13,641 nucleotides of DNA from Pseudomonadota bacterium (GTDB lineage Bacteria > UBA10199 > 2-02-FULL-44-16 > JAAZCA01), in the NCBI GenBank assembly GCA_043822785.1, contig JBDRBN010000099.1, positions 1-13,641 of the forward strand, given 5' to 3'. Below are positions 9,012 to 13,641 of this stretch, piece after piece. The stretch's first letter is position 1. The number at the start of each line of letters is the position of its first letter. The notes beneath the pieces are model-generated. The model was not told the DNA's origin and made no database searches. It was given only the letters and a program-made list of their open reading frames with translations. The position numbers and the translations under genes were made by a program.

Positions 9012-9080
9012 AAAAGCGTCGGACGCTTTTTTCATTTTTGTTATCGAGATGTTAGGCTGATAAAAGGGTCCGACACCTTT
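9012..9080. repeat. Right REP pair: two palindromes 50 bp apart, in opposite orientation
   Basis: AAAAGCGTC-G-GACGCTTTT (9012-9030, perfect palindrome, centre TCGGA) and AAAAGGGTCCGACACCTTT (9062-9080, centre TCCGA). Confidence 0.85.
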
Positions 9081-9094
9081 GCGGAACCTATTCA

Positions 9095-10621
9095 TTATTC
9101 AAAATCCCTCAGCGTTGGGCGGAATTGCAGGGCTTCTGCAAGATGTGATATTGTGATTGCATCTCTGCCTTCAAGATCCGCAATGGTCCTTGCCACCTTG
9201 ATTACCCTATGCATTGAGCGCCCTGTAAGATGTATGCGCTGTGCAGCTTCTTTTAAAAAATTGCGCTCATCCTTTGCTAATGCGCAACGCTTGAGTATGG
9301 CACGGCCTGAAAGGTTGGCATTGGTTGCGCCTGGGTGACCGTATCTTGTTTTCTGACGTGCGCGGGCTGCAAACACTCGCTCTCTTATTTTATCTGACTG
9401 CTCTTCTTCAGATGATGTTAGCAGCGCTTCGTGCGGCGGCGGCCCAACCTCTACATGAAGATCGATCCTATCCAAAAGAGGCCCCGAGAGCTTTGATCGA
9501 TAACGCCTTACATCCCCTGCACTGCATATGCACGGCCGTTTAGGATGTGTGAAATAGCCACATTTGCACGGATTAAACGCTGCTACGAGCATAAAGCGGG
9601 CAGGGTAGGATACGCTTATGCCAGAACGCACTATGCGCACATAGCCTGATTCCAAAGGTTGCCTGAGCACCTCGAGCACATCCTTTTTAAACTCTGCCAT
9701 TTCATCCAAAAATAGCACGCCATTATGCGCCAGCGATATCTCGCCGAGCTTTGCCCTGCCTGCGCCGCCTCCGCCCACAAGGCCAGCATATGATGCCGAG
9801 TGATGGGGCGCGCGAAAAGGCCGCTCTGTTGGGAGTGATGATGTACCTGTGAGCAGCCCATGGCAGCTCCTGATCTTTAGGACCTCGATGGCTTCATCAT
9901 GCGTAAGCGGCGGCAGAATAGAAGGAAGGCGCTCTGCTAACATGGTCTTGCCTGTACCTGGAGGGCCTTTGAGCGCTATGTTGTGACCACCTGCTGCAGC
10001 GATTTCAAGGCCGCGCTTTGCAAATGGCTGGCCGCGTACTTCAGACAAATCTGTAGCTATAGATTGATCGCGCTTCGGGTTAGGAAGCGGCAATGCCGTA
10101 ATCTTTTTTTCGCCGTTTAAAGTCGACACTGCTTGTGCAAGTGTATCCACAGCGATTATATCGCCAGAGTCTGCAAGCCTTGCCTCCCATGCATTTGCAG
10201 AAGGTACAATTATTCCGTCAAGGTCGTGCTGTTTTGCCGCAAGCGCCATGAGCAAAGTGCCGCTTATAGGCAAGACGCTGCCTGTGAGCGATAACTCTCC
10301 AGCAATGAGATAGTTTTTATCGTGTGCAGGTTTGCATGCGCCCACAGCTGTGAGCAGAGCAATGGCTATGGCTAAATCATAATGCGCACCTGATTTTTTA
10401 AGATCAGCAGGTGAAAGGTTGATAAGGGTTTGCCGGTTGGGAAGAGAATAACCAGAATTTCTAATAGCGCTGCTTACGCGGTCTTTGGCTTCCTTCACAG
10501 CAGTTTCGAGCATGCCCACCATGCTCCAGTTTGGCAGGCCCTGGGTGCGCACATCCACCTCTACCTTTACGATAGATGCGTCTATGCCCATAAGCGCTGC
10601 ACAATACACGTAAGACAGCAT
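9095..10621 (-). CDS. comM: ComM/YifB Mg-chelatase-like AAA+ ATPase
   Basis: VKEAKDRV, INLSPADLKKSGAHYDLAIA, GELSLTG, Walker A GPPGTGKT, PFRAPHHSAS, GEISLAHNGVLFLDE, NPCKCG...CIC, SGPLLDRID, KVARTIADL. Confidence 0.96.
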   Translation of the reverse strand: MLSYVYCAALMGIDASIVKVEVDVRTQGLPNWSMVGMLETAVKEAKDRVSSAIRNSGYSLPNRQTLINLSPADLKKSGAHYDLAIAIALLTAVGACKPAHDKNYLIAGELSLTGSVLPISGTLLMALAAKQHDLDGIIVPSANAWEARLADSGDIIAVDTLAQAVSTLNGEKKITALPLPNPKRDQSIATDLSEVRGQPFAKRGLEIAAAGGHNIALKGPPGTGKTMLAERLPSILPPLTHDEAIEVLKIRSCHGLLTGTSSLPTERPFRAPHHSASYAGLVGGGGAGRAKLGEISLAHNGVLFLDEMAEFKKDVLEVLRQPLESGYVRIVRSGISVSYPARFMLVAAFNPCKCGYFTHPKRPCICSAGDVRRYRSKLSGPLLDRIDLHVEVGPPPHEALLTSSEEEQSDKIRERVFAARARQKTRYGHPGATNANLSGRAILKRCALAKDERNFLKEAAQRIHLTGRSMHRVIKVARTIADLEGRDAITISHLAEALQFRPTLRDFE

Positions 10622-10633
10622 GCTCGTGTATTA

Positions 10634-10649
10634 AGCAAGTTCTGTGCCG
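10634..10649 (-). promoter_or_regulatory. Putative sigma-54 (-24/-12) promoter for comM
   Basis: The minus strand reads CGGCACAGAACTTGCT, i.e. GG-N10-GC matching TGGCAC-N5-TTGCW, and ends 12 nt before the ATG. Confidence 0.7.
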
Positions 10650-10734
10650 AAACTAATTATATGATATCTATAGAAATATTCTACAGGAGGTGCTGTCTAT
10701 TGCAGCAGGGTGTAGTGAAAATGTGCAGCGCTTA

Positions 10735-11127
10735 TTACTGTGGGCAAAGTATCTGCTCGCCCTGAACTTGGCAGGTAAGGGCGTTGTCGCCTTCGTAGCA
10801 GGTGATTGTACCATCAGGATTTGGATTTTCCTCGCATAACAGTTCTTCAGTCTTTTGCTGCTGCTGTTGCTGCTGCTGTGATTGCTCGTAGAGTTGCTTG
10901 TCGCTCAAATATTGTTCATCTGTTGCCGCATCGCCTTCGACTACCTCTGCTGCTCCCTCTTCTGTTTCCACGCCCTCCCAAGATCCCAGGTTTAACTTTT
11001 CGCATCCTGCTGCTGCCTCTGCATTAGCTGCAGCGCCAGTGCTAGCGTCTTCAGTTTTGTTTTCCTGCCCAAATAAAGGAATACATATGAACATTGCTGT
11101 GATTATTATGAATGCGGCGTATTTCAT
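10735..11127 (-). CDS. Hypothetical secreted acidic protein with a polyQ tract and a small Cys-containing C-terminal domain
   Basis: Signal-peptide-like N-terminus MKYAAFIIITAMFICIPLFG, AGAGG RBS, E/A-rich linker, Q8 tract, and four Cys in the last ~35 aa. Confidence 0.75.
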   Translation of the reverse strand: MKYAAFIIITAMFICIPLFGQENKTEDASTGAAANAEAAAGCEKLNLGSWEGVETEEGAAEVVEGDAATDEQYLSDKQLYEQSQQQQQQQQKTEELLCEENPNPDGTITCYEGDNALTCQVQGEQILCPQ

Positions 11128-11164
11128 ATGCTACCTCTAATAATTTTCACCACTGTATATTATC

Positions 11165-11180
11165 AGCAATAAGCATGCCA
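11165..11180 (-). promoter_or_regulatory. Putative sigma-54 (-24/-12) promoter for the 130-aa gene
   Basis: The minus strand reads TGGCATGCTTATTGCT (GG-N10-GC) and ends 37 nt upstream of ATG 11127. Confidence 0.7.
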
Positions 11181-11373
11181 TTTTAATGCTTGTATGAGCA
11201 TTGGGCAATGAAAGATAACTGTGCGAAATATGGTTTGATTTGCGAAATTGATGAGAGCACATCGGATGTTTCAATTTGATAATTTCGTCTATAAGCGTCA
11301 TTTTCCAGGACAGCACTTGCTTTTTCAATAGGTTTCATAGAAATTGGCCCGCAATTTTAAACAGGGGGTTTAG

Positions 11374-12297
11374 ATGGGTGAAAAGATTGTGATCATCGGT
11401 GCTGGGCCATCAGGGCTAACAGCTGCAATCTATGCAGCTCGCGCCAACTTAAATCCTCTAGTCATAGAAGGGCTAACGCCCGGAGGACAACTCACCATAA
11501 CTATGGATGTAGAAAATTATCCTGGTTTTGCCGAGCCCATCACCGGCCCTGAGCTCATGGCTGCAATGCGCAAACAAGCAGAGCGTATAGGCGCCCGTTT
11601 TAAAACCGGTGAGGTGACAGCTGCTAACTTAAAGAATTTGCCCATCATCATATCTGTGGGCGACGAAAAGATCGAGGCCAAGGCGCTAATTATCGCTACA
11701 GGAGCAAATGTCCGGTGGCTAGGGCTTGAGTCTGAAACCGCACTTCGCGGCAAGGGAGTGTCTGCTTGCGCCACATGCGATGGCTTTTTTTACAAGGGCA
11801 AAGAGGTATGCGTGGTTGGGGGAGGCGATACTGCTGTTGAAGAGGCTCTCTATCTTACCAACTTTTGTTCAAAGGTTACGATTATTCACAGGCGCGATGA
11901 GCTTCGTGCATCTCAGATTCTGCGAGAGAGGGCAAAGCAAAATCCTAAGATCGAGTTTGCATGGAACTCTGTGGTGGATGAGATACTCGATGTGTCTAAA
12001 GAAGAGGTGAAGGCTGTGCGCCTTAAACATGCAAAAACTGGCAAGCTTAGGGAGGTTGCATGTGACGGCGTATTCATAGCCATTGGCCATGTTCCAAACA
12101 CCAAGGTATTTAAAGGACAGTTGGAGATGGATGAGAACGGTTATATAATCACGACAAAGATTAGCACAGTCACTTCAGTGCCAGGCGTGTTTGCTGCGGG
12201 CGATTGCCAAGACAGCGTATATCGGCAGGCCGTGACTGCAACAGGCACAGGATGTATGGCTGCAATCGATGCCGAAAGATATCTTCAAAATCAGTGA
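11374..12297 (+). CDS. trxB: Thioredoxin-disulfide reductase
   Basis: IIGAGPSGLTAAIYAARA (FAD), VENYPGF, GVSACATCDG (redox CxxC), VGGGDTAVEEA (NADPH), GVFAAGD, YRQAVTA. RBS AGGGGG. Confidence 0.98.
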   Translation: MGEKIVIIGAGPSGLTAAIYAARANLNPLVIEGLTPGGQLTITMDVENYPGFAEPITGPELMAAMRKQAERIGARFKTGEVTAANLKNLPIIISVGDEKIEAKALIIATGANVRWLGLESETALRGKGVSACATCDGFFYKGKEVCVVGGGDTAVEEALYLTNFCSKVTIIHRRDELRASQILRERAKQNPKIEFAWNSVVDEILDVSKEEVKAVRLKHAKTGKLREVACDGVFIAIGHVPNTKVFKGQLEMDENGYIITTKISTVTSVPGVFAAGDCQDSVYRQAVTATGTGCMAAIDAERYLQNQ

Positions 12298-12326
12298 CCA
12301 GTAACCAGTGATCAGTGACCAGTAAT
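12292..12326. repeat. Heptamer tandem repeat, 5 x CAGTRAY
   Basis: CAGTGAC CAGTAAC CAGTGAT CAGTGAC CAGTAAT. The first unit contains the last codon and the TGA stop of trxB. Confidence 0.9.
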
Positions 12327-12362
12327 GCATCACGGTTTTCCGTTTCGCGTGTTGATGGCGCT

Positions 12363-12392
12363 TGCCCTGAGCGAGCAGTGCGAGTCGAAGGG
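12363..12392. repeat. Intergenic REP-like repeat TGCCCTGAGC-N9-GAGTCGAAGGG
   Basis: Both arms (10 and 11 nt) are identical to those at 3916-3937 inside addB. Confidence 0.75.
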
Positions 12393-12418
12393 TTGCTGGC
12401 AATTAAATAGGTTCCTTA

Positions 12419-13492
12419 ATGAGGCGAAATTTCATCACCATCATATTGTTTTTTTCGTGCCTTATCCCATCCACCGTATTTGCGCGGCAATATGAGGGCA
12501 CAGGTCCTCTGATCACGCGCAATCAAAATCCTGTGTATCTTCAAACTTTATCGCTCATGCCCAGGCGTGCAGAAAGCCTTCCTGAAGGCGTTTTGGAAAC
12601 GCGCGTGGATTCTGCTTACTCGAGTATATTCGAGCAAGGTAGAAATGCGCGCGCAGATCTCAATTTGGATATGGAGTTTTGGCGTTTGGCTGTTTTGGCA
12701 GACTATGGGCTAGATAACGGTCTGCAGGTAGGCGTTGAAGTTCCATTTGTGCATTTTAGCGGTGGGTTTTTGGATGGATTTATACAAGCTTTTCATGGCG
12801 TGTTTGGGTTTCCTAATGCGGGTCGCGATGCTGCGGTAGACAATGATTTTCATTATCGGTTTGAGGCTGATGGAGCTACGCGCCTTAACTTTCCTCCAGC
12901 CACATGGGGGCTTGGCGATATTGCGCTGCGAGTGAAAGGGCAAATCACCGGCGAGAACGACGACTGGCCAGCCATCGCCTGGTTTGCTGATCTCAAATTT
13001 CCAACTGGTCGCCGAAGCCGCGGTTTTGGAAACGGTGCGCTCGACTTTGGTTTGGGCGTAGCTTTGGATTTATCCTGGCGCAGGCTGCATGGATATTTCA
13101 ATGTGGGTTACTACGTTACTGGTGGAAATGACTACCTGGACGGGTACATGCACAACGAGATGTTGGCGTATATGCTGGCTGGTGAATTAGTTATCATAGA
13201 TAGTCTTTCGCTCATAGTGCAAATCCAGGGAGGAACACCTCTTCTAACCGGTACAGGAATAGATGCATGGGATGGCGTTCCGCTTGATCTGATAGTGGGC
13301 TTTAAGGGTGAGGAACGAAAACTATTTGGGCAGTGGGGTGATCTTATCTGGCAAGTAGGTTTTGCCGAAGATGTAAGCTGCCAAGGACCATCAATTGATT
13401 TCACTGCCTATATGTCTCTAGGCGTGCGTTTTGATCTGTTCGAACGCAAACGACCGGTTGGAGATTGGATAGCTGAAAACAAATTCCAATAA
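12419..13492 (+). CDS. Secreted/outer-membrane beta-barrel-like protein, probably DUF3187 family
   Basis: Signal peptide ending ...STVFA, RNQNP motif, GGFLDGFIQAFHGVFGFPN, GLGDI...K, DLKFPTG...GNGALD, and amphipathic aromatic/Gly-rich strands. The family was recognised from memory of these motifs. Confidence 0.75.
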   Translation: MRRNFITIILFFSCLIPSTVFARQYEGTGPLITRNQNPVYLQTLSLMPRRAESLPEGVLETRVDSAYSSIFEQGRNARADLNLDMEFWRLAVLADYGLDNGLQVGVEVPFVHFSGGFLDGFIQAFHGVFGFPNAGRDAAVDNDFHYRFEADGATRLNFPPATWGLGDIALRVKGQITGENDDWPAIAWFADLKFPTGRRSRGFGNGALDFGLGVALDLSWRRLHGYFNVGYYVTGGNDYLDGYMHNEMLAYMLAGELVIIDSLSLIVQIQGGTPLLTGTGIDAWDGVPLDLIVGFKGEERKLFGQWGDLIWQVGFAEDVSCQGPSIDFTAYMSLGVRFDLFERKRPVGDWIAENKFQ

Positions 13493-13566
13493 CCAAACTC
13501 CCACTGCTGTCGCGTTAGAGGTGTTAACTGGTTGAAATATAAGAATTCATTTTTCTCATGTCTAGG

Positions 13567-13641
13567 TGTCATTGCGAGGAGCGTTTAGCGACGAAGCAAT
13601 CTCCCGCAAACACAGGTTATAAGGGGATTGCTTCGCTTTGC
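13567..13641. repeat. Palindromic REP/RPE-like element, truncated by the window end
   Basis: TGTCATTGCGAGGAGC...CGAAGCAATCTC. CGAAGCAATC (13592-13601) is exactly inverted at GATTGCTTCG (13626-13635). Confidence 0.75.

Larger units (their letters stand above)
8259..9080 (-). mobile_element. RAYT/REP module: HUH tyrosine transposase gene bounded by REP-like palindromes
   Basis: The outer 19-mers AAAGGTGTCGGACGCTTTT (8259-8277) and the reverse complement of 9062-9080 (AAAGGTGTCGGACCCTTTT) match at 18/19. The interior is visibly AT-richer than the flanking genes. It sits between the converging 3' ends of the M48 gene and comM. Confidence 0.75.

Noticed and set aside
8259..9080. CRISPR mini-array reading of the 19-bp repeat / 31-bp spacer pattern
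   Set aside because: Only two repeats per side, shorter than typical CRISPR repeats, spacers related to one another, and no cas genes. The PD-(D/E)xK domains belong to AddAB, not Cas4.
8250..9094. Classical IS200/IS605 element or DDE-type IS with a target-site duplication
   Set aside because: No tnpB, no DDE motif and no direct repeat outside the 19-bp ends. The protein motifs (NPVRA, WPYSG) are RAYT-like.
8961..9338. 125-aa plus-strand ORF crossing the right REP pair
   Set aside because: Overlaps the RAYT start and the comM end in antisense and has no recognisable motif.
11137..11328. 63-aa minus-strand ORF upstream of the secreted protein
   Set aside because: No clear RBS or motif, and it runs through the sigma-54 promoter region.
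12175..12402. 75-aa minus-strand ORF containing HYWSLITGYWSLI
   Set aside because: The peptide repeat is just the translated heptamer array, and the ORF is antisense to the trxB end.
13525..13537. IHF-like TAACTGGTTGAAA downstream of the last gene
   Set aside because: A single one-mismatch hit in AT-rich DNA with no supporting architecture.

Overview
Bacterial chromosomal window made mostly of housekeeping genes, with no phage, CRISPR, rRNA or tRNA. The minus strand carries an addB-addA-type helicase/nuclease pair; addA runs off the left edge and so is missing from the ORF track. Then come a divergent lemA plus long M48 (HtpX-like) protease pair, a small AT-rich module with a REP-associated HUH/Y1 tyrosine transposase (RAYT-like), comM/yifB, a small secreted acidic Cys/polyQ protein, trxB, and a DUF3187-like outer-membrane protein. 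The most interesting structure is non-coding. (i) The RAYT gene is bracketed by four 19-bp palindromes in two pairs, each pair spaced exactly 50 bp, and every palindrome is followed on its inward side, at the same offset, by an IHF-consensus-like 13-mer. (ii) A nested composite of two palindromic repeat types sits in frame inside addB, and its inner unit has a free copy after trxB. (iii) comM and its upstream neighbour each have a sigma-54 (-24/-12) promoter motif, and the comM transcript appears leaderless. (iv) Heptamer tandem repeats overlap two consecutive stop codons, and a further palindromic repeat lies at the right edge. Family assignments come from recognised motifs; no database searches were run.
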